DNA from: Deltaproteobacteria bacterium
GTDB taxonomy: Bacteria > Myxococcota_A > Polyangia > Polyangiales > Houyiibacteriaceae
Direction: 5' to 3'
Length of the DNA: 64,000 nucleotides
Assembly (NCBI GenBank): GCA_034670305.1
Contig: JAXMNT010000002.1
Location: 1-64,000 of the forward strand
The position numbers were made by a program, and so were the translations under genes. The notes below the pieces were generated by a model. That model saw nothing but the letters and a program-made list of their open reading frames with translations, ran no database searches and had not been told where the DNA came from. This document shows positions 31,058 to 42,036 of the stretch, piece after piece. The first letter of the stretch is position 1. Every line of letters begins with the position of its first letter.

Positions 31058-32152
31058 TTGCTCGAGTCGATGAGTCCGAAGGTACGCGCGGTTTGTGAGC
31101 CGCTCGCTCAACGCTGGTCTGGGTTCCTGGAGAAGCTCCAGGCGCGCGTCAACGAGGTGAAGGCGGAAGCCGACGCGGGTCTCGATCAGCTGATCGCCGC
31201 CCACGCCACCGACCACGGTCCGATGGGGGCGGCGTTCACCGCAGTCCAGGTTCGGTTCAACGGGCTCACGAGCAAGTTGAGCGACGCGTGGGACAAGATG
31301 GACGAGAGCATCGACGAAGCGCTCGAGGAGCTCGACGACGACGTGAAGCCGTCGGACTGGGAGGCCTATGCGAAGTGGCGGAGCGCCCTCGTCAACGCGC
31401 AGCGTGCGCTCTCCGACGACATCGAGCTCAGCTACGAATACCTCCAGATGAAGAAGAACGCCGACTGGGCGCGGCGACTCAAGCAGCTCGCGGAACAGGA
31501 GCAGCAGAGTGGCGCCAAGTGCAGCTCGTGCGGCGGACCGGTCCCGATCCAGACGCCGTGGCAGGCCGAGAAGTCCGCCTGCTCGCACTGCGGCGTCATG
31601 AACGACGTGGTGCCCGGTCTCTCGGCCGGCTTGTTCTACCAGGGCATCGGCGCCCACGCGCTCGCGCACGAGGCCGCGTGGGATCATTGGATGGCGGAGT
31701 GGAAAGCGAAGGACGCGTTCGACAAGCGGCGCTGCCCCACCGCGTACGACCACTGGGTCTACATCGAAGCGGCCAAGGCCTACTACACGACGTACTACCA
31801 GGCGGGTTTGCAGGTGAACGCTGGGTTCGTGAGCGACGTGGCCACGGCCGTCGCGGCCAAGATGAAACACTACTCGGCCTGGGATCAGGCCATCGACCAG
31901 CAGAACCGCGCGTACATGGGACAGATCGTGGACGCGGCGAACAAGGGCGACGCAGAGGGCATGAAAGCGCTCATCTCCCAGCGTCCCCACCACGTCGACC
32001 TGGACGACATCGGCTACGCGCTGGTGGAACGCGACCTGATCGACGCCGCGAAGTTCTTCTTCGGCCTCAAGTACGATCTGGAGGACGAAGACGACCCGAA
32101 GGGCGCGTGGATCGCCGAACAGATCAAAGACACCATCTCCACCCTGCGGTGA
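31058..32152 (+). CDS. Helical/coiled-coil protein with central zinc ribbon
   Basis: CSSCGGP..CSHCG; TTG start after GAGGAGG SD. Confidence 0.78.
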   Translation: MLESMSPKVRAVCEPLAQRWSGFLEKLQARVNEVKAEADAGLDQLIAAHATDHGPMGAAFTAVQVRFNGLTSKLSDAWDKMDESIDEALEELDDDVKPSDWEAYAKWRSALVNAQRALSDDIELSYEYLQMKKNADWARRLKQLAEQEQQSGAKCSSCGGPVPIQTPWQAEKSACSHCGVMNDVVPGLSAGLFYQGIGAHALAHEAAWDHWMAEWKAKDAFDKRRCPTAYDHWVYIEAAKAYYTTYYQAGLQVNAGFVSDVATAVAAKMKHYSAWDQAIDQQNRAYMGQIVDAANKGDAEGMKALISQRPHHVDLDDIGYALVERDLIDAAKFFFGLKYDLEDEDDPKGAWIAEQIKDTISTLR

Positions 32153-32212
32153 GCCTGTGGGTGGAGCGGGCGCCGTCTCGGACGACCGCTTGCCGGGGGG
32201 CGCATCTGGGAT

Positions 32213-33352
32213 ATGTCGGGAGCCGTGGCGAAGGATGTCGAAGTGCGAGGCGCACATGTGGACGCCGCCCTCGAGAAAACCTCGGAGGCGGCGGACCCGC
32301 TGTGTGAACTCGCGCTCGACGTGCTCGGCCGGCAGGCGGAAGGCCACCTGCTCTACGCCGGCGCGAGCCTCGTCGAGACCCGCGCCAAAGCCGCCGGCGT
32401 CGACGCGGACGATGCGTCGGTCGCCGGCCACGACGTGGTCGCGCTGCTTTCGGAGGGTCCGACCGATGCTGCCCAGTTCGCGTTGATCGGCGCGCTGGCG
32501 GTGCGCGGTCTGGACCTCTCGGACGACGACTCGATCCGGAAGTTCGTCCGACACGCGACTTGGCTCGAGCTCGCCACCCCCTACGCCCCGCTCCTCACCG
32601 CCGCTGCATTGCTCGGAGACGAAGAAGACGCAGCGCGCCTCTGGGACGCGCTCACTCCCGAGTCCACCGGAGACACGCCCCGGGCGACCGCCATCGCCGC
32701 GCTGCACCGCGAAGTGCTGCGTCGGGCCGGTCGGAGCGACCGCGGCGAGGATTCCAACGCGTCCGAGGACGGAAGCTCGGTACCAGCCGGTGTTCGCATC
32801 GAAGGCAGCCTTCAGCCGCCGCCGCGATCCGGATTCCGCGGGTTCTTGCGGCTCGTGTCCGGCTGGGCGCTGTTGACCTGGGTGCTGCGTGGCCTCGGGG
32901 CCCTCGTCGGCATGCGCCGACGCGGGGTGCTCTCGATGGTCGATGGTGGCGTGAAACTCGACCACCAGGTGGAGATGTTCGGACGACCGGTGCGGGAAGG
33001 CACGCGAACGATGACGTTGAGCGCCATCGCGCACGCCGGACGCACCACCCGCTTCCCCGCCATCCACCTGCTCGTCGGCGCGGTCGCGCTGGCGCTCGGG
33101 GTCATCGTCGGTGGCACCGCGTTCGTCGAAGGCCTTCGAAGCGGCGAGACCATCCTGCTCTTGGCCGGCGCTGGACTCGTGCTGCTCGGCGGAGGACTCG
33201 ACCTCGGGCTCACCGTGCTTTGGCCCGCCAAACAAGGCCGGGTCTCCGTGAACGTGAGCACCCGGCCAGGACGCAGCGCCGTGCTCTCGGGCGTCGACGA
33301 GGACGCTGCGAACGCGTTCCTCGACGCGCTCGCCCGACGCCTGCCCAAGTAG
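32213..33352 (+). CDS. Hypothetical membrane protein
   Basis: Helical N-terminal domain, 2-3 TM segments flanked by a PH-like beta region. Confidence 0.7.
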   Translation: MSGAVAKDVEVRGAHVDAALEKTSEAADPLCELALDVLGRQAEGHLLYAGASLVETRAKAAGVDADDASVAGHDVVALLSEGPTDAAQFALIGALAVRGLDLSDDDSIRKFVRHATWLELATPYAPLLTAAALLGDEEDAARLWDALTPESTGDTPRATAIAALHREVLRRAGRSDRGEDSNASEDGSSVPAGVRIEGSLQPPPRSGFRGFLRLVSGWALLTWVLRGLGALVGMRRRGVLSMVDGGVKLDHQVEMFGRPVREGTRTMTLSAIAHAGRTTRFPAIHLLVGAVALALGVIVGGTAFVEGLRSGETILLLAGAGLVLLGGGLDLGLTVLWPAKQGRVSVNVSTRPGRSAVLSGVDEDAANAFLDALARRLPK

Positions 33353-34672
33353 GTGCCGGCCGAGATCGGATCGGGTTCGAGCGGCGCTTCGAGCGAAACC
33401 CGGAGGACGATCCCAGAGTCCGCCCACGGCTGGCGGTTCGTGCTCTGGGCGATGGCCATCGGTTTCGTGGCGTACTTCTGCATGTACGCGTTCCGAAAAC
33501 CATTCGGCGCGGGCACCTACGAAGGCGACCTGGTCTTCGGCCTCGAACCCAAGACGCTCTTCGTCATCGCCCAGCTCGTCGGGTACACCCTGAGCAAATA
33601 CGTCGGTGTGCGCCTGCTCTCCGAGCTGAGCGCCGCGCTCCGGTTGCGGGCGCTCCTGGCGACCGTCGTGTTCGCCGAACTCGCGCTGATCGCGTTCGGC
33701 GCGATCAGCGGCCCGTGGGCGGCGGTGGCGCTGTTCTTCAACGGGCTGCCGCTCGGGCTCGTCTGGGGGCTCGTGGTCCGCTCGCTCGAGGGCCGGCGCA
33801 GCTCCGAGCTGCTGCTCGCGGGACTGAGCGCGTCGTTCATCGTCGCCAGCGGCGCGGTGAAAGATGTGGGCCGCATGCTGATGCGCTTCGAGGTGAGCGA
33901 GGACTGGATGCCGGCCGCGACCGGCGCGCTCTTCCTGCCGCTCTTCGTGCTCGCAGCGGTCGCGCTCGATCGTCTCCCGCCGCCTACGCCCGAGGACGCC
34001 GCGGAACGCTCCGAACGTCGGCCCATGGCGAAGCCGGAACGACGGGCGCTGCTCCGCCGTTTTCCGCTCGGCTTCTTCCTGCTCTTCTTCGCGTACTTCT
34101 TCCTCACCGCCTACCGCGACTTCCGAGACAACTACGGGGTCGAGATCTTCGCGGAGCTCGGCTACCAGGACGAGCCCGTCCTCTTCACCCAGACCGAACT
34201 GCCAGTCGCGTTCGTGGTGGTCGTGGTGCTCGGACTGCTCAACCTGGCCCGGAGTCGACGCGGAGGACTCGCGGCCACGTACGCAGTGATGATCGCGGGG
34301 TTGCTGCTGCTCGGGGTCTCGACCTGGCTTCGGACGAGCGGCGCCATCGACGGCGCGATGTGGATGATCTGCACCGGCCTCGGTTCGTACCTCGCGTACG
34401 TCCCGTACGGATCGGTGCTCTTCGACCGGCTGCTGGCCAAGACCGGCGTCGCGGGAACCGCGGTCTTCGCGATCTACGTGGCCGACGCGCTCGGCTACAC
34501 CGGATCGGTGGCGCTGCAGCTCTACCGGGATCTCGCGCACGCCGATGTCTCGCGGCTCGCGTTCTTCGATGGGTTCACGATCTCCATGGGCTGCGTGGGG
34601 GCCGCCTTGCTGCTGGCGAGCTGGTACGACTTCGCGCGCGAACGGCCGCTTCGCCTGCCAAAACCGGAGTGA
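33353..34672 (+). CDS. DUF5690 family MFS-like membrane protein
   Basis: YFCMYAFRKPF, LFFNGLPLG, LEGRR..E, RDFRDN, ADALGY; about 12 TM helices. Confidence 0.8.
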   Translation: MPAEIGSGSSGASSETRRTIPESAHGWRFVLWAMAIGFVAYFCMYAFRKPFGAGTYEGDLVFGLEPKTLFVIAQLVGYTLSKYVGVRLLSELSAALRLRALLATVVFAELALIAFGAISGPWAAVALFFNGLPLGLVWGLVVRSLEGRRSSELLLAGLSASFIVASGAVKDVGRMLMRFEVSEDWMPAATGALFLPLFVLAAVALDRLPPPTPEDAAERSERRPMAKPERRALLRRFPLGFFLLFFAYFFLTAYRDFRDNYGVEIFAELGYQDEPVLFTQTELPVAFVVVVVLGLLNLARSRRGGLAATYAVMIAGLLLLGVSTWLRTSGAIDGAMWMICTGLGSYLAYVPYGSVLFDRLLAKTGVAGTAVFAIYVADALGYTGSVALQLYRDLAHADVSRLAFFDGFTISMGCVGAALLLASWYDFARERPLRLPKPE

Positions 34673-34732
34673 TCGGCCGGCGATGCATGGGGTCAGGGGG
34701 CGCCCCGGCCACCCGTCCCGTACACTCGCCGC

Positions 34733-37423
34733 ATGCGCTTGGTCTTGTTGTGGTGTGGCATCGGCCTGCTGGCCGCCTGTGACTGTGGAGGGGGCAGTGG
34801 CCCTGGGCGCGTGGACGGCGGAGGCGATGGCGCCATCGCGGTGGACGCTGCCGACGCCATGGCCACCGACGGTTCCGTAGACGCGCCCGAGCGACTCGAC
34901 GCAGACACCGACGCAGGGCCGGACGAATGCGGAGAAGAGACGTGCGGGGACTTCCTCGACGACGACTGCGACGGGCGGGTCGAAGAAGGCTGCGCCTGCG
35001 TGCCGGGCGACACCGCACGCTGCTTCCGAGGCCGCGCGCCGCAACGTGGCGTGGGCGCCTGCCGCGATGGGGACATGGTCTGCACTGGCGGCGAAGAGTT
35101 CGGCGAGTGGGGACCGTGTGAAGGCGACGTGCCACCGGCCGAGGAGACGTGCGACGTCGAGGGCGTGGACGAAGACTGCGACGGCGCCGCGAACGAAGGC
35201 TGCGACTGCGCCGACGGCGACCCGCCCGTATCGTGCGGCCTGAGCGAAGGCACCTGCGAACCGGGGACCAGCGAATGTGTGGACGGCATCCGCACCGAGT
35301 GTATGGGCGCCACCCTTCCTGGCGTCGAGACCTGCAACGCGCTCGACGACGACTGCGACGGCACCACCGACGAACACCTGACCCGCGGGTGCGGCAGCGA
35401 CGTCGGGGTCTGTCGCATGGGCACCGAGACCTGTGTCGCGGGTGCGTTCGGCAGCTGCGAAGGCGGCAACACCTCTTCGGCCGAAGCCTGCGATGGCCTC
35501 GACAACGACTGCGATGGATCGACCGATGAGTCGGTCACGCGGCTGTGCGGCATGGACGAAGGCCGCTGCGTCGCGGGCACCGAGACGTGCGGCGGCGGGG
35601 TGTTCGGCACCTGCGAGGGACGGGTCGATGCCATCGCGGAGACCTGCAACAACGTGGACGACGACTGCGACGCGTCCACCGACGAAGGCGTCTCGCGACC
35701 GTGCGGCACCGACGTCGGGCGATGCCGCGCCGGGTCCGAGATCTGCACCGCGGGCGCCTTCGGTTCCTGCACCGGCGCCATCTTCCCCGCGACCGAACAG
35801 TGCGAAGGAAGCGTGGACGAAGACTGCGACGGCACCGTCGACGAGGGCTGCGCGTGTCTCGACGGATCGATGCGCAGCTGCGGCTCCGACGTGGGGCGGT
35901 GCGACCCGGGCTCTCAGACCTGCACCGGCGGCATGTGGCGGGCGTGTGTCGGTGCCGTCGAACCGCGAACGGAACGCTGCGACGGAACCGACGACGACTG
36001 CGACGGCCTGACCGACGAAGGCTGCGACTGCATCACGGGCCGCACCCGTGCGTGCGGCTCGAGCACCGGCGTATGCCGCATGGGCCTCGAGACCTGCGAC
36101 TCGGTCGGCCGCTGGGGCGCCTGCGAAGGCGACGTCGAGCCGTCCGGCGAACTCTGCAACTCGATGGACGACGACTGCGACGGACCGGTCGACGAGGGCG
36201 ATGTGTGCCCGCGTTTCCCGCCGACCGTGATGTGTCCTGGTTCACGCACCGTGACCGTGGGCGACGCCACCTCGCTTGTCGGCGGCGGTTCGGACCCAGA
36301 CGGTGGTCCGGTGACGTTCGCCTGGACCGTGGTGACTCGACCTGCGGGTTCGTCGGCCAACCCGTCCCCCTCCGGGAGCGCCACCACCAGCTTCACACCG
36401 GATGCAGCCGGCAACTACACCCTGCGCCTCTGCGTGACGGACGACGAGCTCGAGACCGCGTGCTGCACGGTCATGGTCACCGCCGAGGCGAGCTGCACCC
36501 CGCCCGCGGTCCCGACGGTCGACAGCTGCGGCATCAGCTGGGACCGCCGTCCGGTCGTGGAGTTCACGCCGGTGCCCGCGGGGATCGACTACGAGCTGCG
36601 ACTCGACGGAACGCCCTACGCGACCGTCGCGTCCGCGGGCACGAACTGGCACCGGCCCGCGAGCGCCATCGCGCCAGGCGGCCCGCCACCGGGCACGACG
36701 CGCAGCATCGTCGTGCGTGCGTGTGTGACCGGAGACCCGACCTGCTGCAGCACCAGCGCGGCGGTCGATGTTCAGTTCATCGAAGACTGCACGACGCCGG
36801 TCGCGCCGAGCAGCGACAACCTCGTGTTCAGTGAATACGTCATCAACGGCGACGGCGCGTGTCCAGGTCCGGACTGTGAGGGCGGCGAAGCGATCGAGAT
36901 CACCAACCTCTCGCATTGCCCGGTCGAACTCGACGGCACCCACTTCTCCTACTGCAACCCTGGTTCGTGCGGCGCGTTCCGCTGGATGAACTTCGGACCC
37001 GACGACATCATCCCGCCCCGCGGCGTGTACGTGGCGATTCGAAACCAAGCGGCGTCGATGTGCAGCTACCCGTTCTTCGGGCCCAACGATCCGTCGCTCT
37101 TCGGCCTCCGAATCAGCGACCTCGACATGGAGGGCTCCGGCCTCTCGAGCGGCTGGTTCAACAACGGCGGCGGCGGCATGAGCCGCCTCCGCGTCGCGGG
37201 CGGTGCGTTCGTCGACATGACGACCGGCGCGACCTTCGAACTGGTCGCGCCCTACTCCGGCAGCGCCGGCGAGTGCTCGAGCGTTGGCTTCGACGCCGTC
37301 GGCCGCTGCGGCACCATCAGCCCCGTCGCCACCCCATCCGACGTGCTCACCCCCAACCAACTCGGCCGCCTCTGGCACCCCTGCGACGCCATCGCCGCCC
37401 CCGTCCCCGCCACCTGCAACTGA
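34733..37423 (+). CDS. Large Cys-rich surface lipoprotein: MopE-type repeats, PKD/Ig-like domain, C-terminal lamin-tail-like domain
   Basis: Lipobox LLAAC; eight E.C...D.DCD...[DEN]E repeats; [35 protein letters not shown]. Confidence 0.85.
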   Translation: MRLVLLWCGIGLLAACDCGGGSGPGRVDGGGDGAIAVDAADAMATDGSVDAPERLDADTDAGPDECGEETCGDFLDDDCDGRVEEGCACVPGDTARCFRGRAPQRGVGACRDGDMVCTGGEEFGEWGPCEGDVPPAEETCDVEGVDEDCDGAANEGCDCADGDPPVSCGLSEGTCEPGTSECVDGIRTECMGATLPGVETCNALDDDCDGTTDEHLTRGCGSDVGVCRMGTETCVAGAFGSCEGGNTSSAEACDGLDNDCDGSTDESVTRLCGMDEGRCVAGTETCGGGVFGTCEGRVDAIAETCNNVDDDCDASTDEGVSRPCGTDVGRCRAGSEICTAGAFGSCTGAIFPATEQCEGSVDEDCDGTVDEGCACLDGSMRSCGSDVGRCDPGSQTCTGGMWRACVGAVEPRTERCDGTDDDCDGLTDEGCDCITGRTRACGSSTGVCRMGLETCDSVGRWGACEGDVEPSGELCNSMDDDCDGPVDEGDVCPRFPPTVMCPGSRTVTVGDATSLVGGGSDPDGGPVTFAWTVVTRPAGSSANPSPSGSATTSFTPDAAGNYTLRLCVTDDELETACCTVMVTAEASCTPPAVPTVDSCGISWDRRPVVEFTPVPAGIDYELRLDGTPYATVASAGTNWHRPASAIAPGGPPPGTTRSIVVRACVTGDPTCCSTSAAVDVQFIEDCTTPVAPSSDNLVFSEYVINGDGACPGPDCEGGEAIEITNLSHCPVELDGTHFSYCNPGSCGAFRWMNFGPDDIIPPRGVYVAIRNQAASMCSYPFFGPNDPSLFGLRISDLDMEGSGLSSGWFNNGGGGMSRLRVAGGAFVDMTTGATFELVAPYSGSAGECSSVGFDAVGRCGTISPVATPSDVLTPNQLGRLWHPCDAIAAPVPATCN

Positions 37424-37822
37424 AGCAGATGCGGAAGCGGAAGAGTCAGCGGAAGCGGAAGAGTCAGCGGAAGCGGATTCGGTAGCGGAAGCGGATTCGG
37501 TAGCGGATTCGGAAGCGGAAGCGGATTCGGTAGCGGATTCGGAAGCGGAATTCGGTAGCGGTAGCGGATTCGGAAACGGCGTCGGCTTCGGCATCGGCTT
37601 CGGCGTCGGCTTCGGCGTCGGCTTCGGCGTCGGCTTCGGCGTCGGCTTCGGCGTCGGCTTCGGCGTCGGCTTCGGCTTCAGCGTCGGAAGCGGCAGCAGT
37701 AGCGGTAGCGGATTCGGAAGCGGAAGCGGAAGCGGAACCGGAAGCGGAGCCGGAAGCGGAAGCGGAACCGGAATCGGAAGCGGAAGCGGTAGCGGATTCG
37801 GAATCCTCATCGGCGTCGGCTT
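37424..37822. repeat. Composite hexamer tract: GCGGAA/GCGGAT/TCGGTA flanks with a TTCGGC-GTCGGC core
   Basis: Direct reading; starts immediately after a stop codon, between convergent genes. Confidence 0.95.
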
Positions 37823-37904
37823 CCACAAAGAAAAACGGAGCGCTCTCTCGAGCACTCCGCCATCTCCACCCCCCGCAACCCCTCCCAGGGCTCCTGTGTC
37901 TGTC

Positions 37905-38987
37905 CTACGCCGCTTCGACGTCCGCTTCCGCAACCGACGAACTCACCGCCACTGGCTTCGCCAGGCGCATCTCCGCGATGCGGGTGCGGGCGGCGGGCTT
38001 GAGCGTCAGCCACATGAAGTCGCGCACGTCGAGCAGGTCGCGCGGGGTCAGGTCGAGCGCTTCGATGCGTTCACGCACCCCCAGGGCCATCGTGCGCATG
38101 CGCTCGTACAGCAGTCCCATCGGCCGGTCCGAACACCGCAGGCCCGGAGCCATCCAGAGCGCCTGCCGCTGGAAGAGTTCCGGCTTCACGACGATGTGTT
38201 CGTCGGGCTGGGCGACTCCGGCGAAGAAGGTCGCGAGCTCCCAGCTCGGGGTCTGACCCATCGTGCGCTCGAGCGTCGAGACGAATCCATCGAGACGCTG
38301 AACGAGCGGGGACGTGCCATAGAGCAATGCTCGAAGCGACTGCACCACCACCTCGTGGTCCTCTTCGGCGATCGCGAGGAACACTTTGCGTTCCTTGGCG
38401 CCCACCAGGTCCGAGAGCTTCAGGACCGCACCCATGCCCTTCATCGCGTCGGCAACGGGACCGGACAACTTCTTGCGGGTGAGCTCCTTGGCGGCGCGGT
38501 CGACCACCCCATCGCGGTGGCGCTTCAGCGGTCGCTTGCGGCCATCGCTCCGGTGCGTCTCGGTGTAGGTCTCGGCCATGAAGCCGCCATCGAACATCTC
38601 GAAGAAGTACGCGATCTGCTCGTCGAGTTGGATGGGCCGCACGCGGCGGGCACCGGGTTTGACGTCCTCCTCCGGCAACATGCTGCGGAGCGCGTCGACC
38701 AGCTCCATCGTCACGTCGTACGGGCGGTCCACCGCTTCGAGGAGATGGTAGAAGCCCTTCTTGAACGAGCGCATGCGGCCGTCCTGGAACTGCAACATCG
38801 CGCGGTCTTCGATCCGTCGCACCAAGATGGCCAGTCCCCACTGGGTTCGTTTCGAATGCCGGACCAGTGCCGGCATGCCGTTCTCGAGCGTCTCGGTCTC
38901 CTCTTCGGAGGTGGGCGTCGCGGCGGGCGCATCCAAAACGGACGGTTCGAGGGTCGGGGCGGTCTTCTTGGTATCGGAATCGAGCAA
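37905..38987 (-). CDS. Hypothetical protein with N-terminal SH3-like beta domain
   Basis: [25 protein letters not shown]; helical remainder ending [10 protein letters not shown]. Start uncertain (TTG 38987 or the later ATG of MPALVRH). Confidence 0.7.
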   Translation of the reverse strand: MLDSDTKKTAPTLEPSVLDAPAATPTSEEETETLENGMPALVRHSKRTQWGLAILVRRIEDRAMLQFQDGRMRSFKKGFYHLLEAVDRPYDVTMELVDALRSMLPEEDVKPGARRVRPIQLDEQIAYFFEMFDGGFMAETYTETHRSDGRKRPLKRHRDGVVDRAAKELTRKKLSGPVADAMKGMGAVLKLSDLVGAKERKVFLAIAEEDHEVVVQSLRALLYGTSPLVQRLDGFVSTLERTMGQTPSWELATFFAGVAQPDEHIVVKPELFQRQALWMAPGLRCSDRPMGLLYERMRTMALGVRERIEALDLTPRDLLDVRDFMWLTLKPAARTRIAEMRLAKPVAVSSSVAEADVEAA

Positions 38988-39343
38988 GCGGGTTCTCCAG
39001 CAAGGGTAGGATGCGCCAGACGCACCGAAACCCACGACACGAACCAGTGTTCGAACGGGGCGAGCGGAACGGCCTCGACAGAAGCGTCGAGGGGGCGCGG
39101 CGGGGTCCGACGAGAGGGCGCACGCAAGCGCACCACACCAAGCCAGACGGTTGTCAGAGCAGCGCATCATCGACACCCGAAAACCAGGCGGGAGACGTGC
39201 CGCGTGTCGTCGGGCAGAACCCATCGACTCGTAGACTCTAACACAGCATCGCAGGATCCGCAAGTAAAACAGGGCAATCCGAAGACCACGCCCTGATCCC
39301 GCCTGCGATCACGGGCGTTTGTTCGCGGCGTTGCGTTGCGTGC

Positions 39344-39955
39344 CTACGGCGCCGAGACCATCGCGCTCGGGTTCACCGCAGGGAGCGGTTGGCTCATCTC
39401 GCGATGCATCTGCGCGTGCTCGGGCGTGAGCGCCGCGAAGGTCGCGCGACACTCGTGCGGGTACTGCGCGCGGTGGTCGTGCCGGGTGCACCGTTGCGCG
39501 TCCGGTGGGAGCTGGCGGCACAACTCGAGGTACCGGGCCTCTGGCGCGATCAGCCAGCGCGGTGCCCGTGCGCCTGGGATGGTCGGCGCGGCTTCCTGCG
39601 CCGCGCGGATCGCCGCTCGGAGCGAGGCGTTGCTCTTTGCGCAATCGTCGCCCTCGGTGGCCTCTGCCACGGCGCTTCCGGCCTCGCGCATCACGTTCAT
39701 GATCTCGACCGCGGCGCGAAGTTTGGTCGCGAGGTCGTTCTGCTCGGTCCCAGGGAGAGCCGCTTCTTCGGGGGCCATCGACCGCTCCGGACCCGTCGCG
39801 GTCACGGCAGGAACTTCAGGCACCTCGATGGCGGGTTCCGGTTCTGCGTCCTCGGAGCCACCGCACGCACCGAACGTCAGCGCGGCGGAGATGCAGCACA
39901 CGGCCCACAGGCGGGCGGGGTGGAGGTGAGACGGCCCGGTTCGTCGGTCAAACAC
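39344..39955 (-). CDS. Putative lipoprotein
   Basis: Lipobox TFGAC; four further Cys; GTG start overlaps the upstream stop by 8 nt. Confidence 0.65.
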   Translation of the reverse strand: MFDRRTGPSHLHPARLWAVCCISAALTFGACGGSEDAEPEPAIEVPEVPAVTATGPERSMAPEEAALPGTEQNDLATKLRAAVEIMNVMREAGSAVAEATEGDDCAKSNASLRAAIRAAQEAAPTIPGARAPRWLIAPEARYLELCRQLPPDAQRCTRHDHRAQYPHECRATFAALTPEHAQMHREMSQPLPAVNPSAMVSAP

Positions 39956-41132
39956 GTACCAGACGTAGCAGCGTGATTTCAGACGGCACCCCGTTTCGCA
40001 GCGGCGGCCCCCAGTAGCCCGTCCCGCGGTTGACGTAGATGAACGTGTCGTCGTGGCGATGCAGCCCCGTGGTGTACGGGTGGGCCCACCCGACGAAGAG
40101 CGTGATCGGGAAGAACTGCCCCCCGTGGGTGTGACCGCTGATCTGGAGGTCGAACCCGGCGGCCGCCGCGCCGAAAATGCTCTTCGGCTGGTGCGCCAAC
40201 AGCAGCGAGAAGTCGTGCGCCGGAGCACCCGCTTTGGCGGCGGACGCGTCGCTCGGGACCCCACCCTCTCGCTCGGACCGAAAGTCGGTGACGCCGGCCA
40301 CGAGAAGCTTCGCGCCATCGCGCTCGATGAGGCGGTGTTCGTTCTGGAGCGGCGTGAGCCCGAGGCGCGCGACCTCCGCGACCCACGCGTCGGCGTCCCA
40401 GTAGTACTCGTGGTTGCCGGTGCAGAAGAACACGCCGTCGCGCGCGCTCAACCCGGCGAGCGGCGCCACTTCGTCCCGGAGATCCTCGACGTGCCCGTCC
40501 ACGAGATCGCCAGTGACCGCCGCCAGGTCGGCTTCCAGACCGTTCGCGATCGCGACGATGCGGCGCATGTAGTCGCCGCGAATGGTCGGCCCGATGTGCA
40601 CGTCGCTCAGCTGGACGATCCGGTAGCCGTCGAGCGCGGGCGGCAGCCCTGGAACCGGCACGTCGACTTCCACCACGTCCGGGTCGCGCACCGCTTCCCG
40701 GTAGCCCCAGGCCGACAGGATGCCGCTGACACCGAGGATGCCCGCGTTGCTGGTCCGGGTGAGGAAGTTGCGTCGGGCGAGGTCCGCCGGCCTCGAGGCG
40801 AGCTTCGCGATCAGGGTCGCCGCCCCGAGGGCTGCGTCTCGGAACACGACGAACACGAAGAGCAGCACGAAGATGCCCATGTGAAAGAAGCCGACCCAGC
40901 GGATGGACCCGAGCCCATCGCCGATCAGTCGGCTGGACACCATGACGATGGGCGCGAGCGAGAACGACAACCACACCAGCGCCCACGCCGCGAAGCGCCG
41001 TCGACGCACGAGGTCCGGCGCTGCCTTCTCTCGGAGCGGGCTCAGCCACGGCCGGATCAACCGTGACCCGACGTAGTAGTGCGCGCAGGCCCAGACCAGC
41101 ACGACGACACCGAAGAAGATCAACCGCCGCAT
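39948..41132 (-). CDS. Membrane-bound metallophosphoesterase (YkuE/YaeI family)
   Basis: SDVH, TGDLVD, GNHEYY, LAHQP, SGHTHGGQ, RGTGYWGPP. Confidence 0.93.
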   Translation of the reverse strand: MRRLIFFGVVVLVWACAHYYVGSRLIRPWLSPLREKAAPDLVRRRRFAAWALVWLSFSLAPIVMVSSRLIGDGLGSIRWVGFFHMGIFVLLFVFVVFRDAALGAATLIAKLASRPADLARRNFLTRTSNAGILGVSGILSAWGYREAVRDPDVVEVDVPVPGLPPALDGYRIVQLSDVHIGPTIRGDYMRRIVAIANGLEADLAAVTGDLVDGHVEDLRDEVAPLAGLSARDGVFFCTGNHEYYWDADAWVAEVARLGLTPLQNEHRLIERDGAKLLVAGVTDFRSEREGGVPSDASAAKAGAPAHDFSLLLAHQPKSIFGAAAAGFDLQISGHTHGGQFFPITLFVGWAHPYTTGLHRHDDTFIYVNRGTGYWGPPLRNGVPSEITLLRLVRV

Positions 41133-41298
41133 CTTCTTACGTCGCCCTTCCCATGCGAGCGTTTCGCACTTTGTTCGCCGGGTGACAACCGAGGCCTCGC
41201 TGCTCGGAATGCTTTCCGAAGGCCAAAAACGCGCGTTCGCGCACATGGAACCGGGTCTGCCGCTTGACCGCGACCGTTGCCGGCACGACGCTACCCAC

Positions 41299-42015
41299 AT
41301 GCAGTTCGCCAACACCTACGGGCAAACCGTCGCGCAAGCGTCGGTGGACGAGCGCGCCTCGTTCCTCACCAAAACCTACTTGCACCTCGTCGGCGCCATC
41401 TTCGTCTTCGTCGGCATGGAAGCGCTGCTCATCGTGAGCGGCCTGGCCGAGAAGATCGCGATCGCGCTCTCCGGCCGGTTCGCATGGTTCCTCCTGCTCG
41501 GCGCCTTCATGGGCGTCAGCTACGTGGCGGACCGGTGGGCACGGAGCGACTCCAGCGTCGGCATGCAATACGCCGGGCTCGCGCTCTACACGTTCGCCGA
41601 AGCCATCATCTTCGCACCGCTCATCGTCATGGCGATGTACGCCTCGGTCGAATACGGCGGCGGCTCGATGGACATCCTGGCCAAAGCCGGCGGCGTGACC
41701 GTCTTGCTCTTCGGCGTGCTGAGCGCGGTGGTCTTCGTGACCCGCAAGGACTTCTCGTTCATGCGCTCGTTCCTGATGTTCGGCGGCATCGCGGCGATGG
41801 TGCTCATCGTGGCCAGCCTGATCTTCGGGTTCCAGCTCGGCATCATCTTCGTCTGGTTCATGATCGTCTTCGCGTCGGGTTCGATTCTCTACAACACGTC
41901 CAACGTGATGATTCATTACCGGCCGACCCAGCACGTCGCTGCGGCGCTGACGCTCTTCGCCTCCTTCGCGCTGCTGCTCTACTACGTCATCATCCTCTTC
42001 ATGCGCCGCGACTAG
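41299..42015 (+). CDS. Bax inhibitor-1/YccA family membrane protein
   Basis: RASFLTKTYLHL, TRKDFSF, ILYNTSN, AALTLF; 7 TM helices. Confidence 0.88.
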   Translation: MQFANTYGQTVAQASVDERASFLTKTYLHLVGAIFVFVGMEALLIVSGLAEKIAIALSGRFAWFLLLGAFMGVSYVADRWARSDSSVGMQYAGLALYTFAEAIIFAPLIVMAMYASVEYGGGSMDILAKAGGVTVLLFGVLSAVVFVTRKDFSFMRSFLMFGGIAAMVLIVASLIFGFQLGIIFVWFMIVFASGSILYNTSNVMIHYRPTQHVAAALTLFASFALLLYYVIILFMRRD

Positions 42016-42036
42016 CAGGCCGCGCCCGGGATCGGG

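Noticed and set aside
30761-35377. 1538-aa minus-strand ORF and other long antisense ORFs (e.g. 1660-3417, 5870-7852, 8845-10587, 19016-21049, 52240-54768)
   Set aside because: Shadow frames of well-supported genes on the opposite strand, expected at this GC content; no motifs
40755-40800. Internal twin-arginine-like motif (ARRNFL) in the metallophosphoesterase
   Set aside because: Common in this membrane-bound family; not novel
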